Shown here: positions 1 through 13,893 of the stretch, piece after piece | Position numbering within the stretch: the first letter of the stretch is position 1 | How the letters are laid out: every line of letters starts with the position of its first letter | Source: Botryllus schlosseri | Lineage: Eukaryota | Length of the DNA: 64,000 bases | Assembly: GCA_051294905.1 (NCBI GenBank) | Contig: CM119371.1 | Span: forward strand, 2,172,001 to 2,236,000 | Reading direction: 5' to 3' | Translations under genes and position numbers: made by a program | The notes under the pieces: generated by a model | What the model was told of the DNA's origin: nothing | What the model saw: only the letters and a program-made list of their open reading frames with translations | The model's database searches: none

Positions 1-280
1 GGTTTGATCGCTAGCTGATGAAATATCCGGTATTGGTCAGGCTCTAGTTCAACACACAATGACAAGGGGCAGACTTGTACACCCTACTCATTTACCAAAC
101 CAGCAACTAGAACTACTGATTTTTCAAAACTAGCTACTAGAATTACACATTTCTAAAAATTCGCTACTAGAAAAAGAAATATAATTACTCAATTTTTTAA
201 AAACTAGCAATACAAGCTAAACTGGAACCACACTCTTTTCATAATTAGTAACTAGAACTACTTAATTTTCCAAACTGGTA

Positions 281-792
281 ATTGGAATTACGGTACTCAT
301 TTTTTAAAAATAGAACGGGAACTACTTAATTTTTGAAACTAGTAACTGGATTTACGGTACTCATTTTTTAAAAATAGAACGGGAACTATTTAATTTTTGA
401 AGCTAGTAACTGGAATTACGGTACTCATTTTTTAAAAATAGAACGGGAACTACTTAATTTTTGAAACTAGTAACTGGAATTACGGTACTCATTTTTTAAA
501 AATAGAACGGGAACTACTTAATTTTTGAAACTAGTAACTGGATTTACGGTACTCATTTTTTAAAAATAGAACGGGAACTACTTAATTTTTGAAACTAGTA
601 ACTGGAATTACGGTACTCATTTTTTAAAAATAGAACGGGAACTACTTAATTTTTGAAACTAGTAACTGGATTTACGGTACTCATTTTTTAAAAATAGAAC
701 GGGAACTACTTAATTTTTGAAACAAGTAACTGGAATTACGGTACTCATTTTTTAAAAATAGAACGGGAACTACTTAATTTTCAAAACTATTA
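281..792. repeat. Tandem array of ~8 copies of a 64-bp unit (actggaattacggtactcattttttaaaaatagaacgggaactacttaatttttgaaactagta)
   Basis: Units start at 281, 345, 409, 473, 537, 601, 665 and 729. Degenerate related motifs flank the array (~100-960). Confidence 0.95.
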
Positions 793-1728
793 ACTAGAAT
801 TACTCATTTGTTTTCCAATTTGCCACTACAAATAGAAATATAATAACGGTACTCAATTTATAAAAATTAGCAATTTGAGCTAAAACTGTAACCACGCTAT
901 TTTCAGAATCCATAACTAGCACTGGAACTACTTACTTTTTAAAACAAGTAACTAAAATTACTCATTTTTAATAAATCTAAATCAATACACGACGTTACTT
1001 CTACTTGTTTATCCAAGGGATGTGGCCTGCAGCTATCACAATACTATGTCCAAGTGAAGCACTTTGTCTACGAGAGAAGTCAAAGAAATATCAATGCATT
1101 CAACCAGTCTTAGAGTCAAAAAATATCTCACCAGAATGTTGTTCAAGGATATTGTTTTAAGAATGGTGTCTATTCGTGTTGCTATCGTTTATTATCAGTT
1201 AATAGAGCAGATCATTTTAAAAATATCAAAAATTATTACTGGCGAAGTAATACCAAAAAGCCTGTCGCATTCTCTGAATGTTCGCATGTTAATGAATATG
1301 TTGCGTATTGACGGGAGATTGCGAGCTCAGTCGGATTCTCTAGTGATCTTATGGTAGTGTGAGGCAGGGTTGAGATCAAGTAACAATAGGGTGGAGTGAA
1401 AAAAAGAAAAATTTGAATTTCAAAAAGTGCCTTTGATATTTGGTCCGAAATCTTGAATGAATTACTTCTATCATGATTTCAGGTTTCTGCACCCTCTAGT
1501 GGCCGGGCAATTTTACCAAACGAGACGAAAACGAAAATAGCTAATTTTGCCATATCTGGATAACCGCTTATGTTAGGAAGCTAATATTGGGCTTAAAAGC
1601 TGCAGAAGCAACATGTTTTTATCTCACTTCCATAGAACTTTGCCTTGAAAATGTACAGAAAAAAAGTTATGAGTAAATTATTGATTTTTAGCCCGCCATT
1701 CAAATGTTGGTTGGTTTTACCTAGTTTG

Positions 1729-3417
1729 CAATGCCAATTTGCATGTTACAATTTGTTATATTGCTGTTTTAACAACAAAATCTTGTTTGGTAGACCAATG
1801 AGTTGATTTTTATACCAACCTAGCATAATTTTGATCAGTAGAGAGAATGATTGAACTTTGATCATATTACATCATCACAAACCTTCATGTCATGAACTTG
1901 GTGGGACAGGTATTTTCCGTTCAACTCTACAACAAACGATAGGCCTGGATTGTTCAAACTGTGAATCAGTTACAGTAAATCAGCTATATAAGTTATATAT
2001 ACCTCATACCTGTATGTTTTGTAGAAAATGAAGATTTTCCGTAACACTCGAGACATTGTAAACTGTTTTATATATTATACATATTGTGCAAGCTTCTGTA
2101 GCATACTCATCTTTAGATTATTCTGGAACTTTGATAGTCAACCTCAAGTCTGACAGTAGGAGTGATGATAATTCATTTTAAAAGTGTTCTGGGGTATCTT
2201 GGAGTTGATCATATAATTATATGTTATATCTGCGTTAAAACTGACTCCTCCTTGGGCACTGTTGCAGTGTCGTAGGCCATTGGCTGAACGAACAGAACAG
2301 CAGGTTGCTCTAATATACTCTGCTAGGTGTGTGAATTGAACTTACATTGTCTAGTACAAGCACAGATTAAGAATTTCATTATATTCTACTTATAGCAGAT
2401 TGTGTTTTATCATATGTACAAGTACTACAAGTAATTGACATAATGTTAACAAGAAAAACATCCAAATCTGCTGTTGCTTGCAAGAAGTTGCACTGGGGAG
2501 AAACTTTTCAGAGTGTTGATGGTTTTCCTTCTGGAATACTCCCAACTGAAGGACAAGTGAATGAGGGTATGCTCAACTTTGATCAGTTTAGTTGTGATCA
2601 AAGAACTGTCTTTAGTTGGAAATATTCCAGAAGGAAAACCATCAACGCTTTGAAAAGTTTCTCCACAGTGCAATTTCTTGCAAGCAACAGCATACTTGGA
2701 TCCTTTTCCTGATAACAATATGTCAATTACTTGTAGTACTTGTACATATGATAAACCACAATCTGCTATAAGTAGAACATGATGAAATTCTGAATCTGTA
2801 CTTATACTAGACAATGTAAATTAAATTCACACACATAGCAAGGTATATTACAGAGACCTTTTCATACAGGCAGCGGCCCATGATACTACACATGAACGAG
2901 TCAGTTTTAACACCAATAAACCAGAGTATTATGTGATAAACTCCAAGATACACCAGAAACCAGAACACTTTCAAAATGAGATATCATCACTCCTACTCGG
3001 AGATTTGAGGTTGACTATCAAAGTTCCAGAATAATCCAAAGATGAGTATGCTACAGAAGCTTGCACAATATGTATAATATATAAAACAGTTTACAATGTC
3101 TCGAGTGTTACGGAATATCATCATTTTCAACAAAACATACATCAATATATAAATTATATAGCTGATTTACTGCAACTGATTCACTTTTTGAACAATCTTG
3201 GCCTAACGTTTGTTGTAGAGTTGAACAGGAAGATACCCTTTTCACCAAGTGCATATCATAAAGGTTTGTGATGATGCAATATGATGAAAGTTCAATCATT
3301 CTCTCTACTGATCAAAATCATGCTAGGTTAGTATAAAAGTCAACTCATTGGTCCACCAAATAAGATTTTGTTGTTAAAACAGCAATGTAACAAATTGTAA
3401 CATGCCAATTGACATTG
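1729..3417. repeat. Long imperfect palindrome (~830-bp arms, ~50-bp loop near 2556-2606)
   Basis: caatgccaatttgcatgttacaatttg at 1729 pairs with caaattgtaacatgccaattgacattg ending at 3417. Mirror ORFs 2443-2712(+) and 2446-2814(-) encode the same peptide, AVACKKLHxGETFQSVDGFPSGIxPT. Confidence 0.9.
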
Positions 3418-6400
3418 ACATGCAATGGCCCAGACATTGCCAGGACAAAGCGGCCCAGGACGTCCCCACAAGATCAATGTTCAGAATGAGATAGTCTTCC
3501 AGATTAGATTAAAATTAGATTACTGGCAGTTCGCTCACTAATGAAAGGTGTTGACAGAGAAAACACACTTCAAGTGTTTGGAAAGCAAAGTCACTCTTTA
3601 AAAGCCAGTGATCACCTCTCTTTACGATTTTTGTGGACAGGCTTCTCTCTCATGCCACTTTGCTAACACACAATCAAAATGACAAATCCTATCACCAGAG
3701 CTTCATTTTATATGTCACACCACATTTGCTTGATGTTGTGGAAGTAAGATATTTTTGAATCGGGTAAAGTTCAGAGAATGCTTGACGTAAAATTTCCATT
3801 TAAACTGCATGATACATATCTTATTCTCTTGTAAGGTCTTCTGAGATAACTGAACTCCAACAGACCAGTCAGGTATCGTTCTGGTGGCCTGATTTGGGCA
3901 CACAAGCCGACATTTGCTTTTCGTCTTTTTCTTGAGTGACCGAAGCTTCCGGCAAATATTATCTTGAAACGATGTCGGTTGGGATTTTATTGAGTATAGG
4001 AATCATTTGAGAAGTCATTTCGTTTTTTAGCTTTTGTTCTGTGAGAAATTCCGCTTTACGCTTTTCTTTGATTTCAGGAGCTATCCTAGAAGGTAGGAAT
4101 CGGTTATTATGACCGAGAAATACAGCCCTCGTATCTGAGATCTTAATACATTTTCAGAAATAGTACCAAGGCTATCAGAGATGTCAATTGTTTGGAGCAG
4201 CGGTTCTCACAGTTTTTAGAGCGCGACCAAATTTTGCGCTACTTTACATTTTGCAACGCAAGATTCGCACACAGTAAAAATGCATATTTGACGCAAGTAA
4301 GCCCATGCAACTATTTTACGAGCAAGTATGAATCAGACAAGGTGCAGACAAAAAGACGGTCGATATCAAAGTAGGCTACCTATACTTTTCCGGAGTACTC
4401 AAGTAGATTTGATTATATCTGCTAACCATATTTAGGCAGAACCAATTACTTTTTCGACTTTGGATTTCGCAAACTAGAAGTTGGTTTTGGGATAGGTTCC
4501 GAGAGCTTTTACCTATAAATTTACATAATGGTGAAGTAGCGTTTGTATCACTGTCATTAAATTTGTGTCCAAAAAATAACACCAATTATTGAAAATATTT
4601 CTTGGCTCATTTTCAATTCAGTATTTTGCATTATCAGTGCTGCCAATTAGCAACAATCGACAACACACGGCATGTGATTTAATTAGTTAGTAGCAGATCT
4701 TCAAATGTCGTGGTTCGAGTTCTAGTTGCACATCTCAAAAATCCAGTGGTTTGAACAAGTTTGCTGATTTACATTATTTTAAGAAGTGTGTAAGCGAATA
4801 GGCCTACAGTTGATTACTCATTGGCTAAACGATGATTAAGTGTTGTCAAGCAGGAATGACGGCAGAAGAGCAGATAACGATCAAAGGTAATGTCAAATAT
4901 AATATCGTAAATATCAACATCAATAGGAATTTTACCTGTTTACCTGAAAATTCAACACTTGGCCTGTGACTGGTCCAAAAATATCGAGATTGATATCGAT
5001 TGAAACTTCTCAAAGCTTTCAAAGCGTGTTCGATTGCTTGTGTGTGAAGTTGGTGAATGCGAATCAGAGCTATCTTCTAACTTCTAACATGTACGCTGGA
5101 ATTCTTCCGATCTCGTATCACAAGAGATTCCGTGATGACTACACCTCGCGGATCTTTTCATTGGAACAGAACTACCTGAAAACAAGATTGGATCAGTTTA
5201 TCGAAGCACTAAATAGGTAAACGTGTTAGTCAATAGCAAGGAAAAGCTATACAGTCGAGTATGCTATTTCGGACGGTTTTGTTTTGCTTCCTTTCGGCAA
5301 AAATAAGCGGAGACACTGCTCTGTCCAAATTAACCGGAAAATCAATTGCCCTCTTATGGCAACCTGGTGAACCCTTACACTAATCCGAAAGCCTTTCGTG
5401 AACCCCATATTTTTCTCAAGTCAGAAAAAACCTATCACAATACACATCTAATACATTACTATAGTGCGCGGAATGACTTATGCATCAGCATCGGTGTTAA
5501 GTAAAACGAAACCGGCAAAACATGATCATCACACAAAATACACGACTGTAAATCAGTGTGACTTCTGTTGTATGAGTCGGATGTGTGTTTACTTCCCGTG
5601 AAACTCGAGACTGGCTCAGAGCAAACTTGGACAACTAGATAGTTGTAGGTATCCAATTACACCAATTAGAGGAAATTACGGAAATCTAATTATAATATAC
5701 TTTGTGAAATGTTTCTTTGCTCTAATTTTAATTCTAATCTGACTCGTGGAATACTTCTAACCTCTAGTTTAAATTCTGATCAAATTTCTGGTTTTCCCAA
5801 AAATGCTACAGTGGAACTGTATCGTGCAAATCGAGTCAAGGTTGGTGTACAGAAATTTGTCGTTCTCATGCTTATGAGACTGAGGTCTGATTTAATATGA
5901 ACTGGACTTCATTCCATGCCCAAGTTTTCGCGAATTAAGTGATTCTAATTCCAATCTAATTTTAGAAAATTGTGTAGATTTAGCTCTGATTCTAACCTTA
6001 ATTTGAAAAAAGTCTAGTAATAATTATAATTCTAAATCTAGTATAGTTTGTAAAAAATCTGTGGCTTTTAGCCATCATTCCATTTCCAATCTGATTTTGA
6101 AAAGTTTTTCAAATCTGGCTCATAGAGCCCATGGAGTTATCGTGTGAAACCCCGGTTAAGAATCATTGCTTCAAATAGCCTAATTGGGAAGTATGTTAAT
6201 AGTCGTGATTCTGACATACCTACAACTTTTTGACACATCTAGGAAGATTGTGAGCACAAAGTCGAGTTGTACGTTGCCGTTTTTCAGTTAGGCCCCGCTT
6301 TCCATTTTCAATCTTCCCAAGTTTTTCCCATTGGATTGCGTTGAGACCTCCAGCGGCTTGCGTTCCTACACAAAAAATCACAGGTGGCCATGAAGTCAGC

Positions 6401-7109
6401 ATCGCACTTTTCTACTAGTGGTAACCATAGATGGTTATACTTTCTAAGTAGCTTCACGCAGGGTTGCTGACTCGACTTGAGTAATTTCTTGAAATGACTC
6501 GACTCGAGTCAATTTTTGTATTGACTCGGCTTGAACTCGACTTGAGTCATTGTGTATGACTCTAACCAAGACACATGACTCAAGACTGGGACGGCCAAGA
6601 CAGACATTTCATTGTAACTTCAAATATAGTGAAGTCACCGCATCATTGGTATGTCTTCCATCAGTCCTGATACTTGGAAAATACGGCCAAGAGCTGTAAG
6701 GAGTTAGGAAAAGTACGATATTCTAAATTACTCCAGTAGAGTTGAAAAAAGTGGGTGGAATCAGATTGAACTCAAAACTGAACAGTGAACACAATTACTG
6801 TGTTTCCATGCAGCGCCAACGGACGACCAAAAAGCCATGACGCAGGCATTGTACATGTCGGTCGTGTTTCCATGACCAGGCCTAATCCAACCCTGTCTTG
6901 GATGAACAAGACTGACATGTACGTTCTTATCTCACTTATTCACTATGAATTTTCACCACATCACAAGATTGGGATGAAATGACTCGATAGGAAGGAGCCG
7001 AAACAACTAGAATCGACCATTCAATCAAACAACCCACTTCGACCTGGAACATGGAGGTAGGCTGAAATTAAACATAGAAAAATGGTCCCGGGAATGAATT
7101 TTTGGGGTT

Positions 7110-10100
7110 CAGACGCCTTGCATTTCAAGCTAGAAAGCCTGTCTTTTTGAAATACCGATTCTATCTCCAATATTACTTAGCTCATTTGCAATTCGGTCTA
7201 TGTATTACAGTATTATCAGTTGTTAGTTCGTTGTGTTTTAGTTAGTACGGCATCAGATTTTCAAAGGTGGTTAGTTTTAGATCAGAAGTTCTAAAACTGG
7301 GGGCGTGAACCCATCTGAAGGGAGGCGCGAAGCTGTGATCAAATAGAAAAAAATCGCGCTTTGCGCAGTTTATCTGCAATGCCATATTGGAGGATTCTCA
7401 CATCAACAGTCATAACTAGGGCGATTTTTGTTACATGACAAAAAATGTCAAAATTGTTTGCAAAGTTATATACAACTTTTTCGCCATCTGCATTTCGTTT
7501 TTATTGTAGATTTTGCAGTGTCAGTGCACTTATCGTCTGACATTCACCGCTTGCGGCCTACTTTATAGGCCTACTGTTGTAGACGGCCCATTGTCTGCTC
7601 ATTGTGAATCGTAAACATTCAAATGAAACAAATAGGTTGGCATGGTGATATGCTCAACGTACCGCAATAAACTAGCTGAAGCAACACTGCATGGGCAATG
7701 CATGGTACTTATATCAAGAAGCGTTTTGCTCTAAACATTTTAATTATTTCTACCATAATACGTAATGTTACTACTGCAATGCTTCATAGGGCCAGATTTC
7801 GTTAAAATAAATTTTTTCATGTAAAAATTTTTCAGTTATATCGGCAAAATAAAATTTTCTAGGATAAACTACTTCGTAAGAACAAACAGTTCCAATCAGA
7901 GGTGAAGATAAGTAGTACAATTCTAACGTTATGTGGGAAAACAACTAATTTGTATACGTTACATCAAATTTGGTCAGTTTTTTAGGTGGAAAATGTCAAA
8001 ATTTTGATTTTTTAGGTCAAAATCTTTCTATTTTTATGTAAAAAACCTGATCAATACCAGCCATGCCATCAAACTGTCCGTTGGGATTGACTGCGTTCTG
8101 ATTGCGTTTGTGATATGACGATAAGGGGGCGCGAAGTTTTTCAATATCAAAAAGGGGGACGTATCAAAGATCTAATTTAAATAGCAAGTTTCGCGAAGCG
8201 AGTACAGATTTTGGAAATCCGGTAGTTTATTAAAGTCTGGTTACAGTACGGTAAGTATGAACGAGTCTACTCACGTTTTCCTTACATTTCAGCGAGTTGA
8301 TACAATTTGCTACTTTGTCAGAGGTGAAGTCATGAATCGAACGAGAGCATATCCCTTGGACATGCCGATGGCGGAATTGATGGCAATCTGAATAGAAGAT
8401 GTCAAAAATGTGACAGCAACGTATTGAGTTATATAAATATATGCAGGAAAATATTGTGCATGCATCTGAGATCTGATGACCATACGTACAACGCACTTGA
8501 TATCAAAAAGGAAGCATCAAGTTTCTCATTTAATTCCAACTTTTTGATATTTGCCGTCGACTTACACACACTTGCCACAAACAAATTCGGAGTTCAAGCA
8601 GGTGTCTTTGTGTCTGAAGCTAGCTCAAAATTGCCTTCACTTTATCATATTTGTCAGTTAGTGAGACAGATACCGACGGTTCTATACCGAGGCAAAGGTA
8701 TTGTTAGCGGCAAGTTTCAAGCTGAGATATGCCCGCGTATTTATGAAAGCACAGCCTGTTGAAGTGGTCTGGCGGACAGTTCTGAGATGAACCGAGTCAC
8801 TTTGCAAAAATGACTTGAATCGGTGTTTCAGAAATGCGGATTGACTCCTGACTCGAAGAAAAATCAAGTCAAGTCATCAAAAAATCGGTGTCTCTATATA
8901 TAGTTGTATACTTTACAAATTGTTTGAATTGTTCTCGATACGCTGGTGCGACTTGTGAGAGCGACGAATCTCATTCATTCAATGATCTTGCATTTTACTG
9001 AACTAGAGTAGGTCAGCACCATAATACTGACGAGTTTGTGCTGAATATTAGCCCGCACAGACCTGGTTGAACAAAAACTTTTCTGCAAAGATACAAATTG
9101 CTCTTGCCATCCTTCTCATTCTATTACTTCTTCTGTTGATTTATCATCCTTTCACGTCTGCTCACAGCTTGATTAACTCGAATCTCATTCCCGTCCAGGT
9201 TGTTGCCCTGCAATGGTGGTCACAAAGTCGTAAATATGTTTACAGAAAGACTTGTACAATAGGTGTTAGAAAATAAAACTTTTTTTTTCAAATTTTCATG
9301 GCCTTAATTGTCAGATCGTCAGGTTATCTTGAAAAAACGTTGCACACCAAATTTGACTCAATTCCAACCAGTAGATGTCGAGGTTAGTCAAATTGAAATT
9401 TTTGTTATTTTTTAAATAGTAGTATTTACGGTGACCAATTTCGTCTCTCCGACATGACCAAAAATCGTTTTCCAGGTATGTTTGAAGAGGCAGGGATGTC
9501 TTTTCCACTTGTTTTGATCTTGACAAGGGCCTATGGTGGAGTTTGGTGAAGACATCGCCAGTGAACGAAAAAAAAATATATGACATGGATTAGCTGGAAA
9601 TTTATCCACTTCATTGAAATAGACACGTTTGAACGATGGTGAGATAATTTTCAAATAGAGTAGGCCTACTTCATGCGCTGAAATGAGGTAACCTGACGTT
9701 TTGACAACCAAGTCCATGATTTTTTTTTCTGAACACCCCTATCTTGCAGACATTGCATTGCTAGCTCAGAATCATGACTACTGACAGCCTGAGGATGGCT
9801 TTTGAGCGTCAGATCTCCTTCTATTTCAAGCTCAAAACCCCGCCCTTTTGAAAAGCCGATTCTATCTCCAATACTTCATAGTTCATTTGTATTTCAGTAG
9901 ATTGTATTATTATAAGTTATTAGTTCGTTGTGTCTTAGTTAGTACGACATCGGATTTTCGATGGTCGTTAGTTCTAGATCTGATTGAAGTTGCAAGTTTT
10001 GCAAAGCAGGTACAGATTTTGGAAATCCTGTAGTTTGTACGAGTCTGGTTACGGCGCCGGAATAGTGGTGTAAAGGTAAACATGGACGTATCTACCCACA

Positions 10101-10690
10101 TTTTCCTTATCATTCAGCGAGTCGATACAATTTGTACCTTATTCGGAAGGGAGGTGTTGAATTGGACGAGAGCACATCTCTTGCACATGCCAATGGCGGA
10201 ATTGGTGTAGATCTGAATACAAGATCTCAAATTTTCAGCAACATATTGAAATATACGAAAACGTGCTGGAAAACAATGAACATGCATTTGATGACCATAC
10301 GTACAATACATTCAATCTCAAAAAGGAAGCATTAAGTTTCTCAATAAATTCGACTTTTTTATATTTGCTTTAAACTTCCACGCACTTGCCGTGAATACAC
10401 ATTGAGTTCATTTTGATTTTTGGATGACGGATATTGATCAGTGATCGGCAACTTGTGGGTCGTGACCCCAAGCGGGGTCACCTAAACTATTTGTCGGGTC
10501 GCAATGACTCAATGGCGTTCAAGCCAGGTGGATTCGTGTCTCGAGCTATCTTAAAATTTCCTACACATTATCATATTTATGATACTGAGATGCCAACGTT
10601 TGTATATTGAGGCATAGTTATCCATAGAGGCAATTTTCAAGCAGTGATATGTGAGCGTGTTTGTGAAAGCACGGGCTGTTGTAATGGTTT
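7110..10690. repeat. Old diverged local duplication (~7110-8770 vs ~9790-10690); copy 1 is interrupted by a MITE-like insertion at ~7283-8180
   Basis: Shared blocks such as ccgattctatctccaata...ttagttagtacg and gaccatacgtacaa...aaaaaggaagcat occur in both copies in the same order. Confidence 0.75.
9260..9741. mobile_element. Short non-autonomous DNA transposon of the same family as the long TIRs at 41075-43985
   Basis: Ends aggtgttagaaaa ... ttttctgaacacccct. The body (acgttgcacaccaaatttgactcaattccaaccagtag) matches 41135-41175 and, inverted, 43873-43910. Confidence 0.6.
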
Positions 10691-12192
10691 TGAGCAGGAG
10701 AGAGAGACATTGAATATTTTGCATCATTCACTCGTGGCTCATGAACTAGAGTTGTTCAAGACACAGATGAATAGCTTCGCGCAGCAAAGAGGCAACTGGG
10801 GTGGAACTAGCGTTATTGAAAATAATTACAGTAGTTTTATGAAAAATAGCTACGGCGAAAATTAGTTAGAGGATAATCTTGCATTGCTTATATGAAGGAA
10901 ATTGGCATGGCACCAAGGAAAAACAACCCTGCATCATTGATACCAACTCTATTTTTGAAAATTGCAGATTTTGTCATTTTATTTCACGTTTCTAGCGGAG
11001 ATGTATCTGTAATTGCGAAAATTACCTCTACTAATTATAAGTGACACCACTACTAAATCTACTTTTTTAAATTACTCAATCGATAATTTTCTCACGTTTC
11101 CATTTCTACTTCCATTCCACAATACCTACTATGACTTTACGATGTAAGTAAGGAGACGGCGGCTTGGCACTGGATTTCCCTGCGAGAGGGATATTCTTGT
11201 TAACTCGTTGCAAATTGCCTCGGACAAAGAGGCATTTTCAGGAGAACAATAAATTAGATTAGAATTAAAATTGAAGCATACGAAAATTTCACATATTGGA
11301 TTCTATTTAGAACTGTTACCACTGTTTTTACAAGAAATATCAAGAGCATAATATATTATATAAATTTCTAATTGTAGAAACAGGCTCTTCACATGCTTAC
11401 CACTCACCGGGATTGAAAGTATATTTGTTATGAAAAGCTATTGGGATACACTGTCTGGACGCCCCACAACTGCATGAATTAATTCCGTCGATAAAATTGG
11501 TAGTTGCACGATGCACATACTAATATGACTATCAAGGATTTATCCTTTATCTGCTCATGGGAACAGATTTACCATTATTGCTGATGGAGAGGGTACCTTC
11601 AAAAATTTTGATTGCCGTTCTAGTAAAAAAATTACAATTCCAAATTGGTATTTATTTTTTACACCTTGCAAAACGTGACACCGAACCATCAGCAATACAG
11701 CTTAAAAAATAATAATCTAAATTATGCAAGCCAGCTCGAAATTGTCGCTTTCATGTCATCAACGGAGATGGCCTGAACTTCAAATGTAATCGAATGTGTT
11801 ACCAGGAAAACACGTCACAATTCTGTAAATTTTGCGACTACCGGTACTTCTTTTATCAAGTGACAAGCCTTCAATATCTTGCATTTTGCAATTAAGGTAG
11901 AAAACTATTAAATATCTGTCGGATATGGCAGAAAAGTCGTCACGAAACTGTAATTGAGAACCACCACACAGCCTGTAGATTTGTGCAAACTCCTATAATC
12001 TAGATAGTTAAGGTATACCAACTGGGCCTACTAGCAACTGGATTTTTGAGTACCGTAGCTCTAGTCCTAGTTTCGGGGTTTAAAAAGTGAGTTTATAACT
12101 TGGTAATTCAAAAATACAGCTGCCTGTCACCGACTGCAGTGAGACATATGTCACAAAATAATTTCTACTTTGGCATACTAAATCTTTCCATA

Positions 12193-13484
12193 CCGTAAAC
12201 CGGGGTAACATTGGACAATTTTCAACAATTCCGCTTTGTATCTTGGAAATGCTAGGCTGTAGGGGTGGCAAGTTTTGTGTTTTTTTGGATTCATGGAGCA
12301 AAGATTAGAATTAAGTAATCCAAAATCTTCATGGTCATAAATAAGCATCTTATTTTTGTAAATTATCCGTGTCCAAAGTTACCCGTGCATGTGGGGTAAC
12401 TTTGGACAATGTAGTTTTTTGTATGCCTTTACCCTCTATTGTTTATGAAACCTCTTGAGGTTTATTTGGTAAGAGTTGATGAGAGCAGTGACTAAAACTG
12501 AAACAAAATAGTATATGTCTGGCCTATTGCTTGATTTTTACCTAATCCCCCCCCCCAAAAAATAGGTAGTTTATGAAGGCTAATGCCCCCTTATTCATCC
12601 CTTTACTCAATTTTCCCTCATGCCTTCACCAATTGGGACTTATAATAACGTATGGTGACGATATGGTATCCCACTGGCAGTGTCAGCAATCGACAGCAAA
12701 CATTAAGTACCGTATGTTAGCGTGATTTATTGCCGATTTCGAATATATTACTGTTCTGGAAAAGATATATATATTTCTTCTTTCCTATGTCCTCTTATGG
12801 ATATATTTGTCGTATTTTACGATATCCCATATTCAGGAGGCGCATCTTTAGCAGTATGTGATAAGTTTTTCAAGTAGCTTACACCCGATTACAATCTCTC
12901 AGCTCATTGCCTACCCATTTTTTCACATTTTGGCAAACTCTTAATTTATTAACCTTCTCATTCCATTTTAAGAAGCCATCAGGCCGGTCATGAGGAATAT
13001 AGTTGACGATACCCTTTGACACAGATGAAGCAGCCACTTTCCAGAGCTCTAAATATCACATTTTTCACTGTCCAAAGTTGCCCCGTTCTGATAAAATTTG
13101 ACGGGGTAACTTTGGACATCACATTTTCTCGTATTGATCCAAGGGTGAGCCCACTGAGATTTTGGCCATGGATTAAGACTACTTAGAGGTATCTGCTGCC
13201 AAGTTTTGAATCTATGAAGCACATGCTATCTATGTTTGGCTGTAAGAAGTTTATTGCCCATCAATTTTGGCGAAATTGCCCCCCTCCATCAATTTATCGA
13301 TGTTGGGTCAAGTTTATCTGGTAGTGAAATGAATCCCCTTTTATAAAGACTACTTGTAGTACTGTTGCCTCATGAAAAAGAATTGGACATCCAGCGGCAA
13401 CCCTTTTTCATCAATAACTATTCAAATCTTTTACTGCTTAGTGTCCAAAGTTACCCTTAAGTCCAAAGTTACCCCGGTTTACGG
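12193..13484. mobile_element. Non-autonomous Tc1/mariner-pogo-type MITE with TA TSD
   Basis: TA|ccgtaaaccggggtaacattggac ... gtccaaagttaccccggtttacgg|TA. The TIR core gtccaaagttaccc is repeated internally (12371, 13070, 13442, 13461). Confidence 0.85.
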
Positions 13485-13893
13485 TACTCATAGAAAGGCT
13501 TGGCCAAACCGTTTTCCATAACATCCAACGACACATTCGAATAAACAACAGCCGGCAGCCGCCCTTCGATAACAGCGAGAAATGTCTTCATGTCGCGTTT
13601 ATATCTGGACTTGACAATTGAAAGCAACCAAGCATTAAGACCAGGCACACACAGTATGCGCCGGAAATATAGTTTTACTGGCCTCTTATGAATGTATCTA
13701 TTTTTCCAATGTCGCCAACTATAGGCGTACTACTAGAGTAGAAATAATCGGCAACTTTATCAATATTGATGTATGAGACACGGCGCTATGATTTTCGTTT
13801 GGGTCTTCATATTATAAAGTTGAATTGCATAAAATCTCAAGGGAGTTCAATGCCATCTGTAAGAAAGGGTATAATAATTGTAAGGGATATATA

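Noticed and set aside
281..792. CRISPR-like regular repeat
   Set aside because: Units are contiguous with no unique spacers, there are no cas genes, and the context is eukaryotic.
3420..4790. Chapaev/Transib-like transposase remnant (CRVC on the minus strand near 4665)
   Set aside because: Only a four-residue motif amid stops and frameshifts; it cannot be supported without a search.
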